Source of the DNA: an uncultured delta proteobacterium | GTDB taxonomy: Bacteria > Myxococcota_A > Polyangia > Fen-1088 | Assembly: GCA_963796685.1 (NCBI GenBank) | Contig: CAWCMR010000014.1 | Span: forward strand, 107,189-171,188 | DNA length: 64,000 nt | Direction of reading: 5' to 3' | In this document: positions 20,333 through 30,243 of the stretch, piece by piece | Numbering within the stretch: the first letter of the stretch is position 1 | Layout: each line of letters opens with the position of its first letter | The notes under the pieces: generated by a model | What the model was told of the DNA's origin: nothing | The model's database searches: none | Seen by the model: only the letters and a program-made list of their open reading frames with translations | Made by a program: the position numbers and the translations under genes

Positions 20333-20929
20333 CTAGCCGGACGAATCCACCCAGCCACCGTCGATGGCTTGCTGGCCGAGGCACGCGTATTCGACCGGGC
20401 CGCACGTGGCCTCGCAGCCTTGGGGGAGCTTCCCCGCCGTCGTGGGAAAGGGATCCTCGGTGTAGACGCTGGAAACGACCGAACCGCCAATCAGCGTTGC
20501 CCCGTCGAGGGTGTAATAGCAGGTCGCTTCGCCTCGCCGATCGCCCTCGGGCGAATCGGGAGGGAAGTAGACTTGAACATAATCGCTGCAACGCACGAGC
20601 CGGGCGGCATTCTGTCCGCAGCGCGCTGGCAGGTCGGCAAGCGTGACGGGACATCCGGAAGGATCGCCGAGCAGGTTTGCGCTTGCCTCGAGCTTGGTGT
20701 CCAGGAATTGGCAGGTCGAAGCCTGGGCTGCATCCGCAGCTTCCGCCGCGTCGGTCATCGCCATCGTGTCCATCCCGCCTTCATCCGGATGGTTGGCGTT
20801 TGTTCCCGAGTCGAGAGGTCGCTTCACCGTCAGGGTCCTGGTGCCGCAGCCGAGCACGAGCAGGGTAAGGAGAACGACCGCGGACGCTCGCGAGGGAAGG
20901 GGTTCTTGGGTCGGCGGCTTCCTCGACAT
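20333..20929 (-). CDS. Hypothetical Cys-rich lipoprotein
   Basis: VLGC lipobox, spaced cysteines; directly downstream of the ClC gene. Confidence 0.55.
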   Translation of the reverse strand: MSRKPPTQEPLPSRASAVVLLTLLVLGCGTRTLTVKRPLDSGTNANHPDEGGMDTMAMTDAAEAADAAQASTCQFLDTKLEASANLLGDPSGCPVTLADLPARCGQNAARLVRCSDYVQVYFPPDSPEGDRRGEATCYYTLDGATLIGGSVVSSVYTEDPFPTTAGKLPQGCEATCGPVEYACLGQQAIDGGWVDSSG

Positions 20930-20940
20930 GGGGCTCGCTT

Positions 20941-23229
20941 TCAGTCGGCGGCTGCTCTTTGCCGTGGGGCACAGGCATGGGAATCGAGGAACGCCAGGGC
21001 CAAGGCGGTCTTGGTCACGACCCCGATGGGGTCCGCTTCGGAGTCGATGATCACGACGGCTTCGGTATTGTGGCTGGCCATGGTTTTGGCCAGGCTGGTC
21101 AGGTTGTCGCTCTCGCTGGCGGGGGATGCTGGACGCGCGACGTCCCCCGCGATGAGCATTCGTTCGAGCTCTTCATCGTGGGAGAATTCCGACAGGTACT
21201 CGGGCAACACGACGCCGAAGCCGCGCTCGCCGTCGCGTACGATCAGTGCCTGGGCCGGACCATCCCGTAGCTGGGTGGAGAGATCCGAAACCTTCGCGGC
21301 CGCAGAGACCATCGATGAAGGAACCATGATGGTCTCTGCCCGCAGCTCGTCCAAGGCCTCGCCCAGGCTTACTTTGGCGGTGTTGCCTCGGGACATGGGC
21401 GCCGCATTCACGTGGGCGCGAACCAGGTCGCTCATGGCCAGGATGCCCACGAGCTTGGTTTCCGTCGCAGGGTCGACCACCACGAGCTGCCGCACCCCCA
21501 GGTCGTACATCCGGACGGCCGCGCCGAGCAGGGTGGCGTTCGCCCGAATGACCTGTGCCGATTTTATCCGCGCCGACACGGGGCTGTTTGCCGTCGCCGA
21601 GCTGGCTCCCAGGTCGTCGGCGGACAAGACGCCCCGGAGGATGCCAGCGCCGTCAACCACGGGCAGCTTGGAAAACTTGCGGTCGCCCAGAATCCCGATC
21701 GCCTCGGCCACCGACTGTTCGGCGCGCACCGTGACCACGGCCGTGGTCATCGCATCCGACACCAAGACGGGACCGCGCGCGGGTGCTGCCGGCCCCGCGT
21801 GCGGAAGAACCACGCCGTCTTGCTCCAGCAGTGCTTCGTAAATCGGGGTTGGCCGTAGTCGGCGCGCAAGGCCATAGGCGGTCATGTTCGCGAGCATCAG
21901 CGGCAGGACAAGGCCATAGCCACCGGTCATCTCGAAGATGATGAGGACCGACGTGATGGGCGCGCGAATGATCCCGGCGAAGACCGCGCCCATGCCGACC
22001 AGCGCGAACGCCCCGACTTGGTGGGTTTCGTGGTGCATGAGGAGAACGTCGAGGTGGCCGATGGTGCCGCCGAGCATGGCGCCCATGAAGAGCGCGGGCG
22101 CGAAGATCCCGCCGGCCCCGCCGCTCGAATAGGAAAAGACGGTCGCGACGAGCTTTGCTCCGCACAGGATGGCGAGAACCATCAGCTCGAGTTGTCCGTC
22201 CAGCGCACGGCCGAGGGTGTGGTACCCGCCCCCGGTGATTCCGGTCGTGCCGAGAAAGCGCAGGGCCAGGACTGCGAGAAGGCCGGTGACCGCGCCCCCG
22301 ACGGCCGGGTGGGCCCACGACGGCACCGCGCGAAAGTTACGAAACCAGAGCCGAAGCTTGAGCAGCCCGTCGGTGAACGCGATCGAGACGAAGGCCGCGG
22401 CGACGCCCAGCACCGCGTAGAAGGCAATCGACGTGGGGTGATTGAACGTGTACTTCTCGCTGACCTCGATCACGGGATGGACGCCGAGGATTCCGCGTTC
22501 GATGACCGCGGCCAGGGCCGCCGCGATGACGACGCCGGACAACACGGCCTGGTCGAGAGTTCCGACGACTTCCTCGATGGTGAACGTGACGGCGGCGATG
22601 GGCGCGTTGAAGGCCGCGGCGATGCCTGCGGCGACTCCGACGGGGAGGAGTCTTCGCATGTTGCGCGGTGGAAGGGACGTCGCGCGACCGAGCAGGCTGG
22701 TCGCGCCGGCGCAGATCTGCACCGTGGGACCCTCGAGTCCCAGGGACGCTCCCGAGCCAATCTGCAGGGTGCCGATGAAGAACTTTCCAATGGCGTCGCG
22801 AAACCTGACCCGACCGCCTTCCGTGGCGAAGGCTTGCTTCACTTGCGGAATGCCAGAGCCGCGAGCCCCGGGCACGATCCAGGTGAGGATGGGGCCGGCG
22901 ATGAGGCCGCCCAGCGCGGGCGAGATCACCGTCCAGGCCATCCACGACGGCCCATGCACATGGATGGCGCGCTCGATCATTTGATTCTCGGCGGCGGTGA
23001 TCGCGACGTGGAATGCCACCGCTGCCAGGCCGCAGATCAGACCCACCAGAATGGTCAGCGCGAACAAATGCTGCGCTTCGTTCACGAGGTGACGCTGGAA
23101 GAACGCGCGTGCTGCCTCGCGTATGGGCGGCACGGTCAGACGAATCCGCGCCAGCTTTGCCCATCGCGCACGCCAGGGCGAACCTTCCATGCGGCTCGGC
23201 TTTTCGTCGTGCTCGCCGGACACGCTCAA
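20941..23229 (-). CDS. ClC-family Cl-/H+ antiporter with CBS domains
   Basis: GSGIP, GLEGPTVQI, AAAFNAPIAAVTFTIEEV, GGIFAP, IIFEMTG; C-terminal CBS repeats. Confidence 0.93.
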   Translation of the reverse strand: MSVSGEHDEKPSRMEGSPWRARWAKLARIRLTVPPIREAARAFFQRHLVNEAQHLFALTILVGLICGLAAVAFHVAITAAENQMIERAIHVHGPSWMAWTVISPALGGLIAGPILTWIVPGARGSGIPQVKQAFATEGGRVRFRDAIGKFFIGTLQIGSGASLGLEGPTVQICAGATSLLGRATSLPPRNMRRLLPVGVAAGIAAAFNAPIAAVTFTIEEVVGTLDQAVLSGVVIAAALAAVIERGILGVHPVIEVSEKYTFNHPTSIAFYAVLGVAAAFVSIAFTDGLLKLRLWFRNFRAVPSWAHPAVGGAVTGLLAVLALRFLGTTGITGGGYHTLGRALDGQLELMVLAILCGAKLVATVFSYSSGGAGGIFAPALFMGAMLGGTIGHLDVLLMHHETHQVGAFALVGMGAVFAGIIRAPITSVLIIFEMTGGYGLVLPLMLANMTAYGLARRLRPTPIYEALLEQDGVVLPHAGPAAPARGPVLVSDAMTTAVVTVRAEQSVAEAIGILGDRKFSKLPVVDGAGILRGVLSADDLGASSATANSPVSARIKSAQVIRANATLLGAAVRMYDLGVRQLVVVDPATETKLVGILAMSDLVRAHVNAAPMSRGNTAKVSLGEALDELRAETIMVPSSMVSAAAKVSDLSTQLRDGPAQALIVRDGERGFGVVLPEYLSEFSHDEELERMLIAGDVARPASPASESDNLTSLAKTMASHNTEAVVIIDSEADPIGVVTKTALALAFLDSHACAPRQRAAAD

Positions 23230-23475
23230 GCCTCGGTCCCGGCGGTGAGGCCCAATATCATAACCTCGGCCCGGACGCGTTGGCCTCGGGCCAGAGCTGG
23301 AGTGTCATGCTCGGTCAAACCTTTCTGGGCTCTTTCTACATCTTGCTCGTTGCTCTTGGTATGGCTCGTTTTCACCTTGGTGCGCTGGAGTCTACCGCAC
23401 GCAAGCGCGAGGCGCCCCGAGCCAATCGTTTGCCGGTTGTTTGCCACGTGGTTTAGTCTCTGCCCCAAGAACATC

Positions 23476-23919
23476 ATGCGAAAAAGGCACGTCGTGCTAC
23501 CGATCGTCCTTGCCGCCGCCGCTTTGTTGCTCGGGTTTGCCCGGCCCGCCAAAGCGTCGGTCAACCTCGGTCTAGGCGCAGATTGGATCGAGGGCGGCGT
23601 GGGTGAGCTCAACCTGACGCTCGGGGCCGATACCTTCCTGGCGCGAAGACTGTCGATTGGCGGGCGCGCTGGCATGGCCTTCTTCGACGACAGCCACCAC
23701 CTCGGGATTCCCGTGGATTTCCAACTCAAGCTCCATGTTCAGCGCATCTACTTCGAGGGGCTAGTCGGACCATGGTTGCTCGTTGACTCCGGGGAGCTGT
23801 TCCGCTTTCACGGCGCCTTCGGGTTCGGGCTGGAGACCGGCAGGGTCGCCTTCGGCCTCGAGGTGGGCCGCCTGAGCCGGGCCACGATGCTCGGGATGCG
23901 ACTCGCGTTCAAGCTGTAG
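23476..23919 (+). CDS. Small secreted beta-barrel-like protein
   Basis: Signal peptide ...AKA; amphipathic beta-strands; ends LAFKL. Confidence 0.6.
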   Translation: MRKRHVVLPIVLAAAALLLGFARPAKASVNLGLGADWIEGGVGELNLTLGADTFLARRLSIGGRAGMAFFDDSHHLGIPVDFQLKLHVQRIYFEGLVGPWLLVDSGELFRFHGAFGFGLETGRVAFGLEVGRLSRATMLGMRLAFKL

Positions 23920-24234
23920 CAAGCTGAAGGAAGACCGAAGAGAAGGTCTCGGCGTACCACCGGGGGATACGTCGGATGGTGTACAATGGAGCCGGAAGTA
24001 TGAGTGCGTCGAACACGTCTCCAGCCACGGTGCCGCGGTCGGAAAGCCCGGAAAGCGCGATAGACCTGCCGCTGGCTCCGACTTCCCCGTTGTGGGCGGC
24101 CTTCGAGGCGGCCAGCGACGTGATGGTCTGGATTCGCGTGCTGCCGGGACCGACCTTTCGCGTCGTGGCGGCGAACCCCGCCTGTTTGCGCTTGGCCCAG
24201 GCCATTGGGGGCGCGATCTCGGTGCCCGATTTGG

Positions 24235-25645
24235 GGCTCTCCTGACATCTTCATGGAAGCGCGGGCACCTTGAAGACGGGATGAAGGACAACGCCTGAGC
24301 AGCAGAGGAAGATGAAGCCAATGAGGGCTTGAGCGTTGTGGAAGCCATAGGCCCTGCGGGTGATGACCCTGATCTTGCCATTAAGGCCCTCGGTTCTTCC
24401 GTTATTGAGCCCTGTGGCGACAATGGCCACGATGCCGTCCAGGTATTTCTTGATGGTCGCGGCGACCTTCTTGAAGGAAGGTAGTCTGGATCGCCTGGCC
24501 CAACTGATCCATTCTTCGAGCTTCTGTTTGACGACGTTGACCTGGCGACGACCGAGGATGTCGCAGATGGCGATCTTGAGCAGGTAGCCGCGATAGAGTC
24601 GGGCATTGGTCTTCGGGAGGGTCGAAAGCCTCTCAGACTCGGCCCTGGATAGGTTCCACGGATTCTTGAGCAGAAGGTACTTGGTCTTCTTCAGTTGCCC
24701 GCGTTCGTCGGTGTCCTCCAGGAGTCGGACCTCCGCACGCCGGAGCTCGTCGAGTGCTTCCTGCACGAGTCTCTGAACGTGGAAGCGGTCGAAGACGATC
24801 TGCGCTTGTGGCGCTCGCGAGGTGACCGCGTCGATGTAGGCCGCGGACATGTCGATGGTGACGGTCTTGAGCTTGCTGGTTCGTTCCGGGCCGAGAGCGT
24901 CGAAGAAGCAGCCGAGCGTCGCAGCGTTCTTGCCCTCGTGGGCCCAGACGACCCGCTGCGAGACGTGGTCGACAACGACGGTGACGTACTCATGGTGCCG
25001 CCGGTACGACAACTCGTCGACGCCGATGTGTTCGAGGTCCTCGAGGAGAAGGCTAGGATCTCGGTGCCGCGGCACCACCCGCTGGATGATGGCGCCGACG
25101 GTGCGCCACGCGATGCGCATGGTTTCGGCCACCATCGTCTGGCTTGCTTGTTGGGCCAGATAGGCCACGTGGTCCTCGAAGTCACGCGTGAAGCCGACCT
25201 TCGGCTCGGCCCAAGGGACCATCTCGATGACCACGCCGCACCGAGGACAGTCAACCCTGCGCAGGGTGTAGCGCAGAAGAACCTCCATCCCGCACGCGTC
25301 CAGATGCCGCCAGTTCCGAGCCCGAGCATCGAACACGTCATGGACCCGACATCCGCAGCCTGAGCAGTAGGGAACGGTCGTCGTTGGCGCCACGTGCACC
25401 AATATGCCAAGCAGATCGAATTCGACCGCCAGGACACGGGTATGTGGAAATTGGAGTAGGTTTCGGAATAGGGTGGTTGCGCGCATGGGCTCCTGGGCTT
25501 GTGGGTTCCAGACAAGCCACACGATACCCCAGGTGCCCGTGCGCACTTCGTCTCCACCTCACCCGGAACTCATGCCGCCCACATCTCCGTCGGCGACGTG
25601 CGTCGCACCTACGAGATCTCCCTTTACGAAGATGTCAGGAGAGCC
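24235..25645 (-). mobile_element. ISL3-family insertion sequence, 1411 bp
   Basis: Perfect 18-bp terminal IRs GGCTCTCCTGACATCTTC; 8-bp TSD CGATTTGG at 24227-24234 and 25646-25653. Confidence 0.95.
24251..25546 (-). CDS. ISL3-family transposase
   Basis: Zn finger CSGCG...CPRCG; [36 protein letters not shown]; start may be ATG 25486. Confidence 0.95.
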   Translation of the reverse strand: MRTGTWGIVWLVWNPQAQEPMRATTLFRNLLQFPHTRVLAVEFDLLGILVHVAPTTTVPYCSGCGCRVHDVFDARARNWRHLDACGMEVLLRYTLRRVDCPRCGVVIEMVPWAEPKVGFTRDFEDHVAYLAQQASQTMVAETMRIAWRTVGAIIQRVVPRHRDPSLLLEDLEHIGVDELSYRRHHEYVTVVVDHVSQRVVWAHEGKNAATLGCFFDALGPERTSKLKTVTIDMSAAYIDAVTSRAPQAQIVFDRFHVQRLVQEALDELRRAEVRLLEDTDERGQLKKTKYLLLKNPWNLSRAESERLSTLPKTNARLYRGYLLKIAICDILGRRQVNVVKQKLEEWISWARRSRLPSFKKVAATIKKYLDGIVAIVATGLNNGRTEGLNGKIRVITRRAYGFHNAQALIGFIFLCCSGVVLHPVFKVPALP

Positions 25646-27498
25646 CGATTTGGTCGGCCATTCGCTTGATGTGTTCATCAAGCATTTCGTTGCCGAACCC
25701 GAAGAGGCCGGGCGATGGCTGCGGCACTACGAAACCGTGGTCGGTGAGCGGGCTGCCCTGGACGATGAAGTGGTTCTTGCAACTTCGAGCGGCGAGCGCC
25801 GAATGCGCTTCAGGTTGACCCCGATTCTGGACGCGGACGGGCGCTGTCATTCGATTCTCTATTCGTCCTGCGACAACACCGAGCGAACACGTGCCCTTGC
25901 CATGCTGGGACAGAGCGAAGAGAAGTTCGCCCGAGTGTTTCAATCGACACCAGCCGCCATGGCCATCACCCGACTGAGCGATGGGCGGTTCCTGGACGTC
26001 AACGCGGCCTCCTGCAAGCTGTGGGGCTACTCGCGCGAGGAGTTCCTCAGCCGAAATGCCACGGAGCTTCGGCTGTGGGTACGCCAGTCCGATCGCGATG
26101 AATTCCTGAAGATGTTTCTCGCCACCGGCTCGGTGCGGGATTTCGAGATCGAGATACGCACCAAGCGCGAGGAGCTGCTCATCGTGCTCTTCAGCGCAGA
26201 GCGCGTCGAAGTGGGGGGAGAACAATGCATGGTGGCGTCGGTCCACGACGTCTCGGCTGCGCGCGAAGCGGAGCGCATGCGGCGGCAAGCCGAGGAGCAG
26301 TTGCGACAGGCGCAGAAGCTCGAGGCGCTCGGTACCCTGGCGGGAGGCGTCGCCCACGACTTCAACAATATTCTCACCGCGGTGGTCGCGGTGACCGATT
26401 CTCGTCGAGCTGGACATCGAGTCTCCCGACTTGATTCGCGAGCACCTCGGCGAGCTGCGGACAGCGGGCAAGCGTGCCCAGTCGCTGGTACGCCAGATCC
26501 TGACCTTCAGCAGGCGGAACGAGCAAGAGCGGCGGGTCTTCGACCTGCGCGACATCGTCAAGGAGGCCCTCGGCATGTTGCGCGTGGGACTGCCGGCGAG
26601 CCTGGAAATCGAGTCGCGGATTGACGAGGCCCCCGTGCTCGTGTATGCCGACCCCAACCAAATCCACCAAGTGCTCATGAACTTGGGAACGAACGCGGCG
26701 TACGCGATGCGCTCGATGCCCGGCGCGATGACCGTTACGGTGGATAGGGTCGGCACCAAGGTCGCGAAGGTCATGACCGTGTCGAGAATCGAGCCCGGTG
26801 TGCATGCCCGCATCGTGGTCGAGGACAGGGGCGAGGGCATCGACGAAGGGATCCTCACGCGTCTCTTCGAGCCCTTCTTCACGACCAAACAGAACGGAGA
26901 AGGCTCGGGTCTTGGTTTGGCGGTCGTCCACGGCATCGTTCGCGATCACCATGGTGCCTTGGATGTGTCCAGCCGGCGCGGGGAAGGAACCCGCGTGTCC
27001 GTGTATCTTCCGCTGCACGAGGGCAGCGCGACGGAGAGCGTCGAGCCTGCAGCCGGCGCCGAGGTGCATGGCCGCGGCGAACGTGTGCTGTTCGTCGACG
27101 ACGAGGAAGCGATTGGCAACGTGTGTGGCAGCTTGCTCTCGCGTGGCGGCTATCAGGTCGCGGTGTTCAAGAGTCCCGTGGAGGCATTGGCGCGCTTTTC
27201 ATGCGCTCCCGACGACTTCGACATCGTCATCACGGATCTCGCCATGCCGCGCATGAGCGGCGAGAAGCTCGCGCAGGAGGTGCTCGCGCTTCGGCCGGAT
27301 ATCCCCGTGCTCATGATCACCGGTAACTCGGCTGGGCTCACGCGCCAGCGCCTGCGCGATCTCGGCGTCTCCGACCTGCTGCAGAAGCCCATGACCCGCC
27401 AAGCGCTCACGACCGCGGTACGCCGGGCGCTGGACGGCCTTGCCTGAGGGGCTCAGCTACCCATGCCAACGACACGAAAGAGGACGAGCGAAGGTCGA

Positions 27499-29208
27499 AT
27501 GCGCGCCATGGCGACCGTGGGGCTGTTGTTGGCGGCGTGCGCGTCGAGCGGCGGCCATCCCGGGGTCGACGCCGGGGGAGGGCGCGATGGCGATGCCGGG
27601 CAGGGCATCGTGTGGCCGCCTCCCCTCGATCCGCGCGCCGTCGGCACGTTCGACTTGTCCAAGGTCGCGGTCACCGCGTTCAGCCAGACCTCGGTTTCGC
27701 AGAGCGATTCGCAGGTCCTCGCCCTGGCGCCGGATTTGGTGCCGCGAGCGTGGGGGCAGTGGGACAGGTCGGGACTGAGCGCGACGGACTATGGCTTCGG
27801 CTACGTGAGCGCTTGCCGTACGAATGGTACCTTGTTCGTCGGCGGCCTGACGGCGTCCGTGATCTTCGCGGATGAGATGAGCGCGACCGAGTTTGCCGAC
27901 GAGGTGGGCCGCAACGCCGCCGGCGGCGAGGTCGCCCACAACGAGATTGTGCCCGGAGCCTTTCGCGGCTCGCTGGCCAGCCCCGGCTTCCGGCAGCTTC
28001 TCATCGGCATCGCCGAGATTCAGATCGATGGCGGCGTCGACGGTTTGTTCTTCGACGAGGTCAACGCCGGCTACAACGGCGCGAGCTACGACGGCAACGA
28101 GGGCTTCGACGATCACCACGTCGCCGATTTCGGCCGCTTTCTCTGCGCCAGGCACGGTGGCGATTCGGCCGCCCTGGCGGCCTTCGACCTCGTGCCGGCC
28201 GACGGGCTCGACTGCGCGGCGGCCGATCCTGGCGCGGCTCTCGACTACCGTGGCTACCTGGCCAGGCACGGCTTCCAGAGCGCCCCGCTCGCCTCCTCCA
28301 ACAAGCTGGTGGGCGAGTGGGGCACCACGGTGCAGAACCGGCCTGATCCCGCCAAGGGCACCTTCGTCGAGACCTACCCATCCTTGGTCTACTGGCAAGA
28401 AATCGTCGTTGCGGTGCGCAGCTACGCGCGGGAAAAGTACGGCAAGGAGGTGCTCATCACCGCCAACGGCGTCTTCCCCTTCGTGGATTTCCAGAGCGTG
28501 GGGCTTTACGACTGGAACAAGGACGGCTCGGGCACCAAGGGCTTCGACTACGTACCGGTCGTCGGCACGGCGCCCAACTCCCACCTCGACGGTACTGTCT
28601 CCTTCCTGCCGGTCTTGCAAGCGCTGAAGGATCGCTCCAAGCGCATCGTCGAGGCCGCCGGCGGGCACGAGGTCCCTTTGCTGCTCTTCCTCGACTGGCC
28701 GACGGACAACATGAATCGCTACTACGACCTTTCGCTCGAGGAGCGCAAGGACTATGTCCGGTTGCGCCTGGCCGAGTCCTCTGCCTTGGGCATGTGGTTC
28801 GCCCTGCCGCTCGCCACCACCACCGATAGCAACACTGCCACCGAGCTGGGGATGATGGACTTCTTCCAGTCGATGCGCGCGTTCTACGGAGGGCACGCGG
28901 CTCTCTTCCGCGGCGGGCATGACAGCGCGGTGACGCCGGAGGTGTCAGCGACCAACGTCGCGGCCCACTTGGTCACCTTCGACGACGGCCGGGCTGTTCT
29001 GCACCTGATCAACCACAACTACGCGGCGGCCTTCGTGCCGCAGGCCGGGTTTTCAGCCAGCTTCCCGCTTGTGCGGGCGCCGACGTCGGTCACGCTGGCC
29101 TCGCCGGACATGGCCGCGGATACCCCCGCGGTCTTCACCTATGACAGCGGCACGGTGACCGTGGAGATCGGCAGCCTGGTCTCGTCGCTGGTGGTGGTCA
29201 TGCAATAG
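27499..29208 (+). CDS. Lipoprotein, putative TIM-barrel glycoside hydrolase of unassigned family
   Basis: LAAC lipobox; GVDGLFFDEVN; LITAN; C-terminal beta-sandwich VLHLINHNY...VTLASPD. Confidence 0.6.
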   Translation: MRAMATVGLLLAACASSGGHPGVDAGGGRDGDAGQGIVWPPPLDPRAVGTFDLSKVAVTAFSQTSVSQSDSQVLALAPDLVPRAWGQWDRSGLSATDYGFGYVSACRTNGTLFVGGLTASVIFADEMSATEFADEVGRNAAGGEVAHNEIVPGAFRGSLASPGFRQLLIGIAEIQIDGGVDGLFFDEVNAGYNGASYDGNEGFDDHHVADFGRFLCARHGGDSAALAAFDLVPADGLDCAAADPGAALDYRGYLARHGFQSAPLASSNKLVGEWGTTVQNRPDPAKGTFVETYPSLVYWQEIVVAVRSYAREKYGKEVLITANGVFPFVDFQSVGLYDWNKDGSGTKGFDYVPVVGTAPNSHLDGTVSFLPVLQALKDRSKRIVEAAGGHEVPLLLFLDWPTDNMNRYYDLSLEERKDYVRLRLAESSALGMWFALPLATTTDSNTATELGMMDFFQSMRAFYGGHAALFRGGHDSAVTPEVSATNVAAHLVTFDDGRAVLHLINHNYAAAFVPQAGFSASFPLVRAPTSVTLASPDMAADTPAVFTYDSGTVTVEIGSLVSSLVVVMQ

Positions 29209-29974
29209 GCCTTTTCTCTTCCAACCGTCCCACGAGCCGCAAGAGGCCGTCCAGGATCGTGTACGGGTGGGGTGGGCAGCCGGGGATGTAGAGATCCACC
29301 GGCACCACACTGTCGGCGCCGTTGTGGACCTCGGGATGGTCGAGGAAAGGGCCGCCCGAGATGGCGCACGCGCCGACGGCGATCACGATCTTCGGCGGGG
29401 TCAGGGCCGCGTAGCTCTTTTGCAGCGCAAGCTTCATGTTCTCGCTGACCGGGCCGGTGACGAGCAGCCCGTCGGCGTGTCTCGGCGAGGCCACGAGTTG
29501 GATGCCGAAGCGCCCGAGATCGAAGACCAGGGTGCCGAGCACGTTGATATCGGCCTCGCAAGCGTTGCAGCCGCCGGCGCTCACCTGACGCAGCTTGAGC
29601 GAACGGCCGAACAGACGCAGCAGACGCTTTTCCAGGGCATGAACAGGCACGGCCTGGCGTCCGTCGACGAGCAACGATTGCCGCGTATTGCCGGCCAGGC
29701 GATAGTCCGGGCCGTGGTGGATGGCGTCGGCAGGACAGGCCTTGGAGCAATCGGTGCAAAAGAGACAGCGGCCGAGATCGACCTTGGGTGCGCCGGCCTC
29801 GATGGCGATGGCATCGGTGGGGCAGGCATCGACGCAGGCCCGGCAACCGTCGGGACACTTGCTGGCGTCGATGACAGGCAGGCCGCGAAAGCGGTCGGAC
29901 AGGACGGGCGCCTCGTTCGGAAAACGCGACGTGCGGTGACCTTGGCGCCAACGTTCAGCGAGGATCTTCAGCAT
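29198..29974 (-). CDS. Ehr/hydrogenase-4-like small subunit with fused 4Fe-4S ferredoxin domain (EhrS/HyfI-like)
   Basis: CRACVDACP, CLFCTDCSKACP, GGCNACE, ASPRHAD, GACAISGG, IPGCPPHP. Confidence 0.92.
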   Translation of the reverse strand: MLKILAERWRQGHRTSRFPNEAPVLSDRFRGLPVIDASKCPDGCRACVDACPTDAIAIEAGAPKVDLGRCLFCTDCSKACPADAIHHGPDYRLAGNTRQSLLVDGRQAVPVHALEKRLLRLFGRSLKLRQVSAGGCNACEADINVLGTLVFDLGRFGIQLVASPRHADGLLVTGPVSENMKLALQKSYAALTPPKIVIAVGACAISGGPFLDHPEVHNGADSVVPVDLYIPGCPPHPYTILDGLLRLVGRLEEKRPIA

Positions 29975-30243
29975 GGGATGAGGCTCCTAGAGCACCGAAC
30001 TGGTTGCGGGTGCCGAGAAGTTGCTCCGCATGTGCACCCCCCGATCCCCTCGCCCCGCGCAGCGGGGAGAGGGTTAGGGTGAGGGGCTCGCAGGGCCGAC
30101 CCCTCACCCGCCTCGCTGCGCTCGGCGACCTCTCCCCGCTGCGCGGGGCGAGGTGGTTTCAGGTCGGGGTTCCCATTACGGTCCCGGTGACCTTGGCGCC
30201 AACGTTCAGCGAGGATCTTCAGCATGGGATGAGGCTCCTAGAG
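29934..30243. repeat. 59-bp direct repeat (29934-29992 and 30185-30243) flanking a 192-bp insert
   Basis: Identical cggtgaccttggcgcc...atgaggctcctagag copies covering the large-subunit stop, the spacer and the start of the small subunit. Confidence 0.92.
30048..30153. repeat. REP-like palindromic element
   Basis: Perfect 25-bp IR cctcgccccgcgcagcggggagagg / cctctccccgctgcgcggggcgagg with an inner gggtgagggg / cccctcaccc stem. Confidence 0.88.

Larger units (their letters stand above)
23976..27447 (+). pseudogene. PAS-domain hybrid histidine kinase/receiver interrupted by ISL3
   Basis: Removing the IS and one TSD copy rejoins ...[12 protein letters not shown] in frame; PAS; [23 protein letters not shown]; FEPFFTTK, GSGLGLA; receiver ITDLAMP; extra frameshift at about 26398. 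Confidence 0.88.

Noticed and set aside
29968-30225. Independent 85-aa gene
   Set aside because: Product of the 59-bp duplication reading through the REP insert; reported as a finding instead
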